A stretch of DNA of 62,031 nucleotides, filler included, from 3 parts of 3 records of this genome joined end to end with filler, not necessarily neighbours in it, one strand, 5' to 3'; positions 17,976 through 28,843 are shown, numbered from the whole stretch's first letter. Program-made: numbers and translations. Notes: generated by a model not told the origin, from the sequence alone.

Positions 17976-19844
17976 TTAGTTTGATGTATCCGGTATAAGA
18001 ACGGTATCCACAACGTGAATCACACCGTTGATGGCCTGTACATCCACAGCATCTATACCAATGCCCGTGTTTCCTGCACCGTCGGTAATATCGGCGATGT
18101 TATCACCTGTACCTGGTAGGTTGATGGTGATCATGTCACCTTCCAAAGTTGTTGCTGTAGCGCCGTCGCTGAGGTCGCCTGAGCGAACATTGGCTCCTGC
18201 CACAACGTGATGTTGAAGTATCGGAGTCAAGTCAGCTTCACCAGGAATACTTGCAAGCGAGGCAAATGCGTCATTTGTAGGAGCAAATATGGTGAATGGA
18301 TCACTTCCGTTACCATCTTGGGCGGACAGTACACTAACAAAATCTGTTCCCGGTGTCAACTCTGTCAATGCTTGTACCAAAGTAGAGAAGGTAGGATCGG
18401 CAGTAGCAAAAGTCACTACGGTCGGCAAGTCTATTACGGCATCCACTGTATGGATTACTCCGTTGCTGGCTACAATATCCGCCATTACCACACTACTGGT
18501 TCCGTTCAATGTAACACCATCATCGGTATTTACGTAGAGGCTTAAGTTTTCGTCTGTTGCGAATTCTGCCTCAGTTGTGTAATAGGTATTGGTCAAATCC
18601 GAGCGGAAGGCAGCGGCGCCCATCACCACATGATTGGCCAAAATGGCATTGATATCATTTGAATTTGGATTTGTGAATGCGCTGAATGCGTCGTTTCCTG
18701 GAGCAAATACGGTGAAAAGTTCTTCTTCGTTGGATAACAAATCGGTGAAAGTAGTATTGCCTCCGTCCGTTAAGGCTGCAACTAAAGACGAAAACCCTGG
18801 GTTGGCAACCGCATGGTCCACAATGTTAGGGATATCTATTACGGCATCCACCACATGAACAATACCGTTCAAAGCTTTAACATCCTGATTTACAACAGAA
18901 GATACGCCGTTAAAGGTAACACCATCCGAAGTATCGAAGAACAAACTTACCATTTGGTCTCCAGCTCCTGTGGCCATAGTACTTGTGTAACCAGAACCAA
19001 GCCCAGTCAAATCTTCCGAGGAAATTTCACCACTAATAACGTGGTTAAGCAATACGTTGGTCAAAACGTCAACAGGGATGTCATCCAAAGTTGCGCCATC
19101 GAGGAATGTCTCGAATGCTTCGTCCGTGGGAGCCAATACGGTAAATGGTCCGTCACCTCGCAATACGGTAGGCAAGTCGCCATTGGCTGCGGTAAGCGCG
19201 GCAACCAAATTTTCTAGATTCTCATTTCCAATGGCCAAATCAGTTATAGGTACAAGGATGATATCTGCCAACTCGTCCAAAATGGCTTGTGGCAACAATA
19301 CTTTATCTATTATATGAACCACTCCGTTGGAAACCTCGATGTCCGCATCAACCACTTTGGCAGGAACATCGGTAGCATCTTGTATAAAGACATCACCATC
19401 AATATCTATCTGGAGAGAAGAGCCTTGTAATGTAGTTAGGCTCATTCCATCACTCAAATCTGTGGAAAATGCAGCATCTGCCACTACGTGATAAGTAAGA
19501 ATTACAGCAAGTAAATCTTGTAATTGTTGAGAACTAAAGTCATCTAACGAATCAAAACCATCCAATTGGGCAAGCAAATCGTTGAATGCTTCGTTGGTCG
19601 GGGCAAATACGGTAAATGGTCCTTCACCGCTAAGAGCTGTAATCAAATCATTGTTGGCACTTTCATCTGCCTTTTGAAGCGCAGCAACCAAAGTACTCAA
19701 TTCTGAAGTTGCTTGGGCTGCCTCTACAATATTGGCATCCTCTTCCATTGGTGGTGTTGGGCCGTTGTCGTCATTGGAGCAAGAGGTCGCACCAATAAAT
19801 AAGAGCAATAATGTCAGTCGGCTTAAGTGTTTTAGAGTTTTCAT
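17976..19844 (-). CDS. Fasciclin (FAS1) x4 lipoprotein
   Basis: Lipobox ATS-C then acidic SNDDN; four repeats of TV(F/L)AP(T/G)N.AF...H V...NG(V/I)(V/I)H.(I/V)D.V. Confidence 0.93.
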   Translation of the reverse strand: MKTLKHLSRLTLLLLFIGATSCSNDDNGPTPPMEEDANIVEAAQATSELSTLVAALQKADESANNDLITALSGEGPFTVFAPTNEAFNDLLAQLDGFDSLDDFSSQQLQDLLAVILTYHVVADAAFSTDLSDGMSLTTLQGSSLQIDIDGDVFIQDATDVPAKVVDADIEVSNGVVHIIDKVLLPQAILDELADIILVPITDLAIGNENLENLVAALTAANGDLPTVLRGDGPFTVLAPTDEAFETFLDGATLDDIPVDVLTNVLLNHVISGEISSEDLTGLGSGYTSTMATGAGDQMVSLFFDTSDGVTFNGVSSVVNQDVKALNGIVHVVDAVIDIPNIVDHAVANPGFSSLVAALTDGGNTTFTDLLSNEEELFTVFAPGNDAFSAFTNPNSNDINAILANHVVMGAAAFRSDLTNTYYTTEAEFATDENLSLYVNTDDGVTLNGTSSVVMADIVASNGVIHTVDAVIDLPTVVTFATADPTFSTLVQALTELTPGTDFVSVLSAQDGNGSDPFTIFAPTNDAFASLASIPGEADLTPILQHHVVAGANVRSGDLSDGATATTLEGDMITINLPGTGDNIADITDGAGNTGIGIDAVDVQAINGVIHVVDTVLIPDTSN

Positions 19845-20048
19845 GTTGTCTATAGATGTTTGTTTAACTATTTAAAACTAACATTAAACAAAATAAAAAC
19901 AATAATGTTTAACATTTTTACTAAAAACTTTAACAAAAATTATGGTTTTGACCTTGTGCGGGTTATAATTACCGTTTATACGCTTTAAGACAGATTTACA
20001 ATTTTTAATAGATGTCAATTTGTATTTTTGTAGCCTTAATCAAATGCA

Positions 20049-21239
20049 ATGAAAAAGGTTGTTGTTGGACTTTCGGGAGGAGTGGATTCGAGCGTGGCCG
20101 CTTATCTGCTCAAAGAACAGGGATATGATGTGATTGGTCTTTTCATGAAGAACTGGCATGACGATTCCGTTACCATATCCGAAGAATGTCCTTGGCTGGA
20201 AGACAGCAACGATGCTTTGATTGTCGCGGAAAAATTGGGCATTCCTTTTCAGACTGTGGATTTGAGTGTAGAGTACAAAGAGCGTATCGTGGATTATATG
20301 TTCAATGAATATGAAAGAGGAAGAACCCCTAATCCCGACGTGCTGTGCAATCGCGAGATAAAATTTGATGTTTTCATGAAAATCGCACTGCAATTGGGTG
20401 CGGATTATGTGGCAACCGGTCATTACTGTAGAAAGGGAACCATCCAAAATGAAGATGGAACTGAAACCTACCAGTTGTTATCAGGTAAGGATCCCAATAA
20501 GGACCAGAGCTATTTCCTTTGTCAATTATCGCAAGAGCAATTGTCCAAGACCTTATTTCCGATTGGTGAATTATTAAAACCTGAGGTACGGAAGATTGCT
20601 GCCGAAAATAATTTGATCACTGCCGATAAAAAAGATTCACAGGGTTTGTGTTTTATAGGGAAAGTGCATTTGCCAGAGTTTCTTCAACAAAAATTAAAAC
20701 CCAAAAAAGGGATTATTGTGGAAGTTCCAAGTAATGCAACACAATTTTCCGCAGTGGTTCCCGATTTCCAAAATGAAAGGGAGAAACTTACCTTCCGTGC
20801 GGAGAAACCTGTTTACAACGAATCGGATGGAAAGGTTGTTGGAGAGCATCAAGGTGCCCACTATTTTACCATTGGCCAGCGAAAAGGCCTAAATGTTGGC
20901 GGAACCAAGGAACCATTGTTCGTTATCGATACCGATGTGAATAAGAACATTATCTATACCGGTCAGGGAAAAGCACACCCCGGTCTGCTTAGAAATACAT
21001 TGTTCATTAAAGAGGATGAACTCCATTGGGTACGCCCTGATTTAGCCTTGAAGGTAGATGAAACTATTGAGGTGATGGCACGTATCCGTTACCGACAGCC
21101 CTTGCAACCCGCAACCCTTTATAAAGTAGAGAATGGCCTGTTCGTTGATTTCAAGGACAAGCAATCCGCTATAACCGAAGGTCAGTTTGCGGCTTGGTAC
21201 CTTGATGACGAACTGGTAGGCTCTGGGGTAATATCCTAA
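20049..21239 (+). CDS. mnmA: tRNA 2-thiouridine synthase
   Basis: [36 protein letters not shown]. Confidence 0.97.
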   Translation: MKKVVVGLSGGVDSSVAAYLLKEQGYDVIGLFMKNWHDDSVTISEECPWLEDSNDALIVAEKLGIPFQTVDLSVEYKERIVDYMFNEYERGRTPNPDVLCNREIKFDVFMKIALQLGADYVATGHYCRKGTIQNEDGTETYQLLSGKDPNKDQSYFLCQLSQEQLSKTLFPIGELLKPEVRKIAAENNLITADKKDSQGLCFIGKVHLPEFLQQKLKPKKGIIVEVPSNATQFSAVVPDFQNEREKLTFRAEKPVYNESDGKVVGEHQGAHYFTIGQRKGLNVGGTKEPLFVIDTDVNKNIIYTGQGKAHPGLLRNTLFIKEDELHWVRPDLALKVDETIEVMARIRYRQPLQPATLYKVENGLFVDFKDKQSAITEGQFAAWYLDDELVGSGVIS

Positions 21240-21295
21240 AGGAATTCCTTATTTATTTTCATTATTTTGGTGGGTACTACTAGAATCAAATTTCC

Positions 21296-22237
21296 ATGCA
21301 AAATAAAATCACACAACTTTTCGGAATCGAATACCCCATAATTCAAGCAGGAATGGTCTGGGCCAGTGGTTGGCGTTTGGCCTCAGCGGTTTCAAATGCA
21401 GGCGGATTGGGATTGTTGGGTGCGGGCAGCATGTATCCCGAGGTGCTGGAGGAGCATATCATCAAATGTAAAAGAGCAACCAGTAAGCCTTTTGGGGTGA
21501 ATGTTCCCATGTTATATCCCGACATTGAAAAATTGATGGATATTATTGTGAAGCACGAGGTGAAGATAGTGTTCACTTCAGCTGGAAACCCTAAAACCTG
21601 GACTTCATTTCTTCAAGAAAAAGGGATAACCGTCGTACATGTCGTCAGTAGCGTAAAATTTGCCTTAAAAGCCCAGGAAGCTGGAGTGGATGCCGTTGTG
21701 GCAGAAGGTTTTGAAGCAGGTGGTCATAATGGCCGTGACGAAACCACGACCATGGTATTGATTCCATCAGTAAAGGAAAAAATTGATATTCCATTGATTG
21801 CCGCGGGCGGTATTGCTACAGGAAGGGCTATGTTGGCCGCCATGGTTTTGGGTGCGGATGGTGTTCAGGTAGGGAGCAGGTTTGTAGCCTCACCAGAAGC
21901 ATCTTCCCACGAATTGTTCAAAAAATGGGTGGTAGATGCCAAAGAGGGCGATACCCAATTGACTTTAAAGGAGCTTGCACCGGTTCGATTGCTTAAAAAT
22001 AAATTCTTCGACGACATTCAAAAAGCCTATGCTAGCGGAGCAACAAAAGAAGAACTGATGAAACTATTGGGAAGGGCCAGGGCCAAAAAAGGGATGTTCG
22101 AAGGTGATATGGAGGAAGGCGAACTGGAAATAGGACAAGTTTCCGGTTTGATCCATAACATAACTCCAGCAGCAGAAATTGTTCGTGAATTGATGGAAGA
22201 GTATCATCGGGCAAAAATAGAAATACAAGAGTATTAG
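21296..22237 (+). CDS. Nitronate monooxygenase/FabK-like flavin oxidoreductase
   Basis: PIIQAGM, AVSNAGGLG, EGFEAGGH, AAGGI, GVQVGSRF. Confidence 0.88.
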   Translation: MQNKITQLFGIEYPIIQAGMVWASGWRLASAVSNAGGLGLLGAGSMYPEVLEEHIIKCKRATSKPFGVNVPMLYPDIEKLMDIIVKHEVKIVFTSAGNPKTWTSFLQEKGITVVHVVSSVKFALKAQEAGVDAVVAEGFEAGGHNGRDETTTMVLIPSVKEKIDIPLIAAGGIATGRAMLAAMVLGADGVQVGSRFVASPEASSHELFKKWVVDAKEGDTQLTLKELAPVRLLKNKFFDDIQKAYASGATKEELMKLLGRARAKKGMFEGDMEEGELEIGQVSGLIHNITPAAEIVRELMEEYHRAKIEIQEY

Positions 22238-22282
22238 GTGGTTAGTGAACTTTTGAGAAACTTTTAATATATTTAGAGGACA

Positions 22283-22756
22283 ATGAGAACACTTATACCC
22301 ATACTGCTCCTTTTTGTGCTCGCCACTAATTGTTATGGTCAAATAGGGGGAGACAAGGTACTCCATTTTGTTGGTGGGAGTCTTTTTGGTCTTGCCGGGG
22401 CAGGAATTGCAAAGCATGCAACCGAGGGGAACCGGGTTTGGACCTTCGTTGGTGCCGTTACAGGAAGCGCAATAGCGGGTGTGGCAAAGGAAGCTATTGA
22501 TGCCGGACAAAGGGAAAACGGTTGGGACAATGAGGATTTGGCTGCAACCATATTGGGCGGGATCACTGTGGGGATTGCCATAGATTTGTTTTCCAAAAAA
22601 GATAGTCGGGGACGTTTACGGGGACGGTATTCGACATTTAATTTTAATCCGAAACAGTATCCTGCGTTACGAACTACAAAATTGGTAGTTTTGGAAGGAA
22701 AACTACAGTCTTTACATACCTTGGGACTTTCTAATTACAAGCTTACCGCTAAATAA
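22283..22756 (+). CDS. Hypothetical membrane/secreted protein, YfiM/DUF2279-like
   Basis: Signal peptide; DKVLHF...KE..D...W...DL.A motif. Confidence 0.65.
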   Translation: MRTLIPILLLFVLATNCYGQIGGDKVLHFVGGSLFGLAGAGIAKHATEGNRVWTFVGAVTGSAIAGVAKEAIDAGQRENGWDNEDLAATILGGITVGIAIDLFSKKDSRGRLRGRYSTFNFNPKQYPALRTTKLVVLEGKLQSLHTLGLSNYKLTAK

Positions 22757-24080
22757 TTCCCCTAGCTTTTATCTCCAAATATTTATTGATGGTATTTACC
22801 GTCAGTTCCTCAGGTTTGGTCAAGATGGTCTGTATACCATACTTTTGGAGTTCTTTTTGCATGAGTCTTTTCTCCAATGAAAACTTTTCGGCAATCGTCT
22901 TATGGTAAATGGATTGTAAATCCTCGGCATCCGTTGCAATCAAGGATTCCAATTCTGTGTTCTCAAAGAAAATAACGACCAACACATGTTTTTTTGCCAT
23001 TGCCAAAATAAAGGGCAATTGTCGTTTAAGGCCTGATATATGCTCAAAATTGGTATAGAGCAGTAACAGACTGCGTTGGTTTACTTTTCGTTTTACATGG
23101 GCATAGAGCAATCCAAAGTCCGAATCGGAATAATCCGTGGAAATGTTGTACAGACTCTCCATTATGGTGTTGAGGTGCGTGATTTTTTGCACGGCAGGAA
23201 CAAAAGTCTCAATCTTTTTGGAGAAGGTCAATAATCCCGTTTTGTCGTTTCTTTTGAGTGCAACATTGGAAAAAGCCAAGGCGGAGTTGATAGCGTAGTC
23301 CAATAAGCTCAATCCGTCAAAAGGCATTTTCATCACCCTGCCCGTATCAATAATCGAGTAAATAGGTTGGGATTTTTCGTCCTGATATTGGTTTACCATT
23401 AGTTGGCTCCTTTTTGCGGTAGCTTTCCAGTTGATGGTGCGCACATCATCCCCCTTAATATATTCCTTGATCTGTTCAAATTCTTGGGTATGCCCGATAC
23501 GTCGTATTTTCTTCAATCCAAATTCTGTTAAACGATTGCTCGTGGCCAAAAAATCATATTGCTGCATTTGTATGATGGATGGGTAAACGGGTACCATTTG
23601 GTCCTTCTGGAACACATACTTCCTTTTAATGATGCGAATAGGCGAAGAGGCAAAAACGATCAAATTGCCGAAAATATACTCCCCACGTTCTACGGGACGC
23701 ACGGAGTACTCGAAAAAATGGGGCTCTCCTTTTTGTAATTGGATCTTGTGTTGAAAATCCCTTTTTTGAAATTGCACGGGCAATTCATCGATAACCATGA
23801 CCCCTGTTTTAAAAGGATACTTCGAATTGAGATGTACCGACAAGATGTTTTCGTCGCTGTTGGACAGTTTTTGCGGTGGATTTCGATGGGCTTGTATGCC
23901 ATTTTTCGTGGCGTACATCAAGTAGAGGTCCAGAAAGAAAAGGGCCAATAGCAGGTAGACCAATAACCACGCGATGGGATACAGCATCGGCACCCAATAG
24001 GAAATCACAAAGCATGCGGACAGTACGGCAATGTACCGAAAGAAGGTGTTGTGTATGTACAGTGACCGAAGAAATTTCAT
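22749..24080 (-). CDS. DUF58 protein with N-terminal TM pair and vWA-like C-terminus
   Basis: EFEQIKEY..GDDVR.INWKATA, IIDTGRVM; directly after moxR. Confidence 0.9.
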   Translation of the reverse strand: MKFLRSLYIHNTFFRYIAVLSACFVISYWVPMLYPIAWLLVYLLLALFFLDLYLMYATKNGIQAHRNPPQKLSNSDENILSVHLNSKYPFKTGVMVIDELPVQFQKRDFQHKIQLQKGEPHFFEYSVRPVERGEYIFGNLIVFASSPIRIIKRKYVFQKDQMVPVYPSIIQMQQYDFLATSNRLTEFGLKKIRRIGHTQEFEQIKEYIKGDDVRTINWKATAKRSQLMVNQYQDEKSQPIYSIIDTGRVMKMPFDGLSLLDYAINSALAFSNVALKRNDKTGLLTFSKKIETFVPAVQKITHLNTIMESLYNISTDYSDSDFGLLYAHVKRKVNQRSLLLLYTNFEHISGLKRQLPFILAMAKKHVLVVIFFENTELESLIATDAEDLQSIYHKTIAEKFSLEKRLMQKELQKYGIQTILTKPEELTVNTINKYLEIKARGII

Positions 24081-24082
24081 GC

Positions 24083-25069
24083 CTATCTGGGGATTTCAAC
24101 GGATTCCATGATCATGGTGACCACATTTTCGGTGGTCATGCCTTCCATTTCACGCTCAGGTGTCAAGATTACGCGGTGGTTGAGTACGGGGATCAATGCT
24201 TTTTTTACATCTTCGGGAATTACAAAATCCCTTCCGGAAATAGCGGCAAATGCCTTGGCCGCCGTTAAAGTGGCGATGGATGCCCTAGGTGATGCCCCCA
24301 AGTATAAATGTGGATGATTTCGGGTCTGTGTAATGATATTGGCGATGTAATCCAATATTTTTTGTTCCACCACCACTTCATGAATGTTCTTTTTGAACTC
24401 CGCTAGTTTTTTCGGGGTCAGTACCGCTTTTATTTTGTCCTGTGGTTTTTCACCTTTTCGTTCGTGGTGGTTCTGAAGAATGATCACCTCTTCCTCGACA
24501 GAGGGGTAATCCACCTTAATTTTAAACAGGAAACGATCTAATTGAGCTTCCGGCAGGGCGTAAGTGCCTTCTTGCTCAATGGGATTTTGAGTGGCCAATA
24601 CCATAAATGGTTCTCCCATTTTGTAAGTGGTTCCATCGACGGTGGCTTGCCTTTCTTCCATGGTCTCAAAAAGTGCGGACTGTGTTTTGGCAGGGGCACG
24701 GTTGATTTCATCAATCAAGATGATATTGGAGAATATGGGCCCTTTTTTAAACTCAAACTCTGTCGTTTTGGAATTGAAGACCGAGGTTCCCACAATATCG
24801 CTCGGCATAAGGTCCGGCGTAAATTGGATACGATTGAACTCCGTTTTGAGGGTTTTGGCAAAAAGTTTGGCGGTCACTGTTTTTGCTATTCCAGGGACCC
24901 CCTCGATCAAGGCATGCCCATCGGCCAAAATGGAAATGATCAAAAGCTCTATAAAATCTTTTTGACCCACAATTATGGTGGACAGTTCTTTTTTTACCTG
25001 TTCCACGGTGTCCCTTAATTCTTCCAAAGGAACCCTGCTATCAAAGTTCAAGTCATTATTTTCCATCAA
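24083..25069 (-). CDS. moxR: MoxR-family AAA+ ATPase
   Basis: Walker A GVPGIAKT, RIQFTPDLMPSD, Walker B IDEINR, ATQNP, LDRF, GASPR. Confidence 0.96.
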   Translation of the reverse strand: MMENNDLNFDSRVPLEELRDTVEQVKKELSTIIVGQKDFIELLIISILADGHALIEGVPGIAKTVTAKLFAKTLKTEFNRIQFTPDLMPSDIVGTSVFNSKTTEFEFKKGPIFSNIILIDEINRAPAKTQSALFETMEERQATVDGTTYKMGEPFMVLATQNPIEQEGTYALPEAQLDRFLFKIKVDYPSVEEEVIILQNHHERKGEKPQDKIKAVLTPKKLAEFKKNIHEVVVEQKILDYIANIITQTRNHPHLYLGASPRASIATLTAAKAFAAISGRDFVIPEDVKKALIPVLNHRVILTPEREMEGMTTENVVTMIMESVEIPR

Positions 25070-26273
25070 CGTTTGCTTTAAATGCTTCTATTTTTTTATT
25101 GAGATTCTTCAATTCTTCTTCTGTAATATGTTGTTTTACCTTTAGTTTGGATATCGTTCCCATCAAACTTTTTACCTCTTCCAATGTTGAGTTGCTACGC
25201 ATGGATAGGTTTCTCAAAAATGTTTCGTCGTCCAAATCTTGCGTTGTGATATGCAATTTGGATCTGAGATATTCCAAAAAGTAGTCAATTTTATGCTTGG
25301 TAATGAGATGCAGTTCCCCTTTTTCAAAGTACATGTCCGCTATGGTGCGGGTAAATGCCAAGGTCTGATTTTTTACAGGAGGCACAACCGGGATGGCGCG
25401 TTGTTTTCGCTTTCCTTCAAAAACAATGTAAACAATTGCTCCGATGAGAATAAGGTAGTAGGCCCACTTAAATTCTTCGGTATTCAGGAACAAGTACATG
25501 GGTGAAGTATAAAATGATTTGCCGGATTTATGGAAATTATCCATGTAAATGGTTCGGTTACGGTCCAAATAGGACAACAGTCCCAACGTGTATTCATTAT
25601 TATCCTCCTTCAACATAAAGTAGTTGGTGAAAGCTTTTGGGAAGCTGGACAATATAATTTCCCCATCGCCAAAGGGTTGCTTTATGATATTCGCATGTTT
25701 TGTCAAGGTTCCCGTGCTATCCGCACTGGTATAAACTTGACCGAGAACGGTTGTCCGAAGGGTGTCCAACCGGTCGAAGCTCGGCATATAATAGTCCTTG
25801 GTGAATTTCACTTTTTTATTTTTAAATGCTGGATTGACCAATTCAAAATAAAAAATGGGCTCCAATTGGCCGTCATTGTAAACAAAGCGCTGTCCTAAAT
25901 TTAGGGTGTCCAATAATTTTGTTTCAAAAGAACTTGATGCTACAAATAGTTGGTTCCCTTGATTTACCCATTCCAAGATTGTATTGAGTTCTGCTTCTTC
26001 AAAAGAAACGTTTTCGTTTGCAAAAAAATAGGTGCCCTCGATAGAATCCGTTCGGCTGAGGAATTCAAAAGGTGGTTTCTGGATTTGCTGGACTGCATCT
26101 GGAAAATGTTTTTCCATTACATCGTTCAGTACATAAGTCCCATAAGGTATTTTATGGTGGGATACATAAGACGGAAACCAGTTGATTTTTTTTGGCTTGT
26201 TGTATTCCAAGGCAAACATAGCCAACAAGGTCAAAATACCTATTGATATGTATATCCATCCTTTTTTAGACAT
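25056..26273 (-). CDS. DUF4350-type membrane-anchored protein
   Basis: N-terminal TM, K.PYGT motif, second TM followed by KRKQRAIP; position upstream of moxR. Confidence 0.75.
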   Translation of the reverse strand: MSKKGWIYISIGILTLLAMFALEYNKPKKINWFPSYVSHHKIPYGTYVLNDVMEKHFPDAVQQIQKPPFEFLSRTDSIEGTYFFANENVSFEEAELNTILEWVNQGNQLFVASSSFETKLLDTLNLGQRFVYNDGQLEPIFYFELVNPAFKNKKVKFTKDYYMPSFDRLDTLRTTVLGQVYTSADSTGTLTKHANIIKQPFGDGEIILSSFPKAFTNYFMLKEDNNEYTLGLLSYLDRNRTIYMDNFHKSGKSFYTSPMYLFLNTEEFKWAYYLILIGAIVYIVFEGKRKQRAIPVVPPVKNQTLAFTRTIADMYFEKGELHLITKHKIDYFLEYLRSKLHITTQDLDDETFLRNLSMRSNSTLEEVKSLMGTISKLKVKQHITEEELKNLNKKIEAFKANVDGK

Positions 26274-26997
26274 CTGCTATCGATTTTTTTAAGGATGCAA
26301 ATACAAGTTCGGCCTTTTGGTAGCGCTCTTGATTCAGCTCAAATTCTCCGTACCAAACATAATCGTAGAGTAGGGTGGCTTTTCCGAAATCATTTTTAAA
26401 GGAACTATCGGATAGTTCGGCCATGTAGTCATCGTTCGTCTTCTGTTGTTGCCAATCTATCAATTCCCGTTCAGATAGCAATTGAAGGATGTAAAGGTAG
26501 TAATATCGAATCGCCAGTCTATAGTTTTCATCGGTCAGTGCCTTTTTTATCAGTTCCTGAATGTCCTCGTTTTTGATGATATGTTCATCTTCGGATAAGG
26601 TAACCACATTGGGGTTTTTCTTTTGATTTCCCATCCCCAAAATATTGGACTTCACAAAAAACCGTATCACCAGATAAAGGAATAGGGCAAACAGCAGGTA
26701 GGGCAATATTTTTAAAAAAGCTGCCAAATAGCCTTCTGCGTTTCCGACTCCAAAGATCCATTCAAAAAATCGACGTAGAATGTTGTAGAACCAGTTGACG
26801 ATATCGGTCCACCAACCGTTTTCGGTTTTTACTTCTTCGTAGTTGAAGTCGCTATCGTTTCTGTAAGAGTCCAGTTCTTCCGAACTCAGTTCAATAGGTT
26901 GCAGTTCAGACTCATCATACTTGACCACGGAATCGTTCTGGGCAAAAAGGATTGTCCACGATAGCAGTAGGTATAGTGAAATCAGTTTTTTTAGCAT
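26266..26997 (-). CDS. DUF4129-type protein
   Basis: Signal peptide, DFNY, TM, YRLAIRYYY, KTN.DY, YDYVWYG. Confidence 0.78.
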   Translation of the reverse strand: MLKKLISLYLLLSWTILFAQNDSVVKYDESELQPIELSSEELDSYRNDSDFNYEEVKTENGWWTDIVNWFYNILRRFFEWIFGVGNAEGYLAAFLKILPYLLFALFLYLVIRFFVKSNILGMGNQKKNPNVVTLSEDEHIIKNEDIQELIKKALTDENYRLAIRYYYLYILQLLSERELIDWQQQKTNDDYMAELSDSSFKNDFGKATLLYDYVWYGEFELNQERYQKAELVFASLKKSIADV

Positions 26998-27888
26998 CTA
27001 TTCCTCCATGGATTTTCCGAGACTTTCAATACGCTCAAAAGTTCCGGTGAAATTTTTCTTCTCATTCAGATTGAAGAAAATCAACGAGGTGGCCACCAAA
27101 AAGATAATGTTCATTAGAAATTGCACCAGTGTGCTCAATATATTTAGAAGCAAATAGATGGGGTCATTGAATACGTTGAAGTTCTCGGCGTCCATTTCAC
27201 CCGAAAACACTCCCATTTTTATCCAACTGTAAATAATGGTAGGTAAGCTAAAGGCATAAGATGCGATGGCTACAATTATATAGATAACAAATAAAGTGGC
27301 GAAGGTAATCCACCAATTTTCTTTGATCAAGGTGAAACTGTATTGGTAAGATTCCATAGTATCCTTTTTAAGAAAAACCAGAATGGCAAAGGAAACCGAT
27401 AAGGGAACTGCCAAATAAATGCCAGGTATTAAACAGAACATTGCCCCGATAAATACAGACAACCCCACAATAATGCCCAGACCTATCAAGGACCAAAAGG
27501 AGCCGTAAACACCACTTCGTATTTCATCATAATTTGTAGAACCCCTGTTGTCAATGTATGATTTTATATAATGTAACACAGTGCCCTGTGCCAACACGTA
27601 TGCGGCTATCGAGCTCAAGAGCAGAGCAACCACGGCCAAAACCATAATCAATGGGGAATATGTTGAAATAGTTGTGTTTCCAATGGCCGTAAGGTTAAAA
27701 ATATCGCCAATGGTGTACATATAGAACCCCATGGAAATCAGCATTACCAAGATATATGGGCCAACAATTTTTAGAATGGTTCCCAAAAAGGGTTTGAATT
27801 CGTTTCGGATAAATACAAAAGAATCGGAGAGGATTTCTCCCAGTTCACGCTGTTTTTTAAACTCGATATAGTTATTCGGTGTCTGCAT
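26998..27888 (-). CDS. Conserved polytopic membrane protein
   Basis: About six hydrophobic segments; RELGEILSDSF.F start and IPGIY motif; ATG at 27888 overlaps the SpoIIM-family stop. Confidence 0.8.
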   Translation of the reverse strand: MQTPNNYIEFKKQRELGEILSDSFVFIRNEFKPFLGTILKIVGPYILVMLISMGFYMYTIGDIFNLTAIGNTTISTYSPLIMVLAVVALLLSSIAAYVLAQGTVLHYIKSYIDNRGSTNYDEIRSGVYGSFWSLIGLGIIVGLSVFIGAMFCLIPGIYLAVPLSVSFAILVFLKKDTMESYQYSFTLIKENWWITFATLFVIYIIVAIASYAFSLPTIIYSWIKMGVFSGEMDAENFNVFNDPIYLLLNILSTLVQFLMNIIFLVATSLIFFNLNEKKNFTGTFERIESLGKSMEE

Positions 27889-28843
27889 GTGTGGTTTTTC
27901 TATGGATTTGGTATGGATAAATGATATAATAAAAAACAATTAAGAACAACGAGGCCAGAATGATAAAAATGGCCAACCAGTCGGGCATTTCAGTATGTCT
28001 TGTAACAAAACCTTCCAAAAAACCGGCAATAATAAAAAAGGGAACCGTGCTCACCATTATTTTCAGCCCGTTTTTTACACTCTGTTTAAAAGATTCCAAA
28101 CGGGTGTATGTGCCAGGGAATAGAATACCATTGGCCAATACCAGCCCCGCACAGCCCGCAATTATGATTACGGAAATCTCTATAGTGCCATGGATCCAGA
28201 TGGTCCTTGCGGATTCCCATAACAACCCTTTTTCATAAAAAAAGTACTGGAAGCTTCCCAACATAATACCGTTCTGCAACATGATATAAAGTGTTCCCAC
28301 ACCCAAAAAAATACCAAAAGCAAAGGCATAAATGGCCACTTTGATATTGTTTATGGTTATGCCCAGAAACATATTGAAGGCACCTTGCTCTTTATATACG
28401 GCCATAGGGTCTCCCTTTTCGATGTTTTCCAAGGTCATGTTAACATAACCGTTGCCCAAAATGGAACGGACAAAGTCACCTTCGTTGGCCGAGGAAAAGG
28501 CTCCCACGACAACAAAAAAGGAGAACACTAGAAAGGAAATCAGTAATTCGCGGTGATGACCTTTGAACATCAATGGGAACTCCGTTTTCCAAAAATGAAC
28601 AATACGACTTCGCGATTCCCGTTTGGTCTTATATATTTTTTGATGCGCTTGGGAGGCAAGTGTGTTCAGGTAAACATGAGTATTGCTGCCCGGATAAAAG
28701 GTCTTTGCGTAACTTAGGTGATCGGTAATCTCAATATAAAGATCCGAAAGCTCATCTGGATGAAGTTGGCCCTTATTGGTCAGGGCATTTTCAAAAGCGG
28801 CCCATTTATCCTTATTTTGCCTTACAAAAGCGGCCTCGCGCAT
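27872..28843 (-). CDS. SpoIIM (DUF95) family membrane protein
   Basis: MREAAF, LSYAKTFYP, NNIKVA, NGIMLG, IHGTIE, AGFLEGFVT. Confidence 0.88.
   Translation of the reverse strand: MREAAFVRQNKDKWAAFENALTNKGQLHPDELSDLYIEITDHLSYAKTFYPGSNTHVYLNTLASQAHQKIYKTKRESRSRIVHFWKTEFPLMFKGHHRELLISFLVFSFFVVVGAFSSANEGDFVRSILGNGYVNMTLENIEKGDPMAVYKEQGAFNMFLGITINNIKVAIYAFAFGIFLGVGTLYIMLQNGIMLGSFQYFFYEKGLLWESARTIWIHGTIEISVIIIAGCAGLVLANGILFPGTYTRLESFKQSVKNGLKIMVSTVPFFIIAGFLEGFVTRHTEMPDWLAIFIILASLFLIVFYYIIYPYQIHRKTTHADTE

Noticed and set aside
27872-28843. SpoIIM as evidence of sporulation
   Set aside because: Family name only; it occurs widely in non-sporulating bacteria and here belongs to the MoxR cluster
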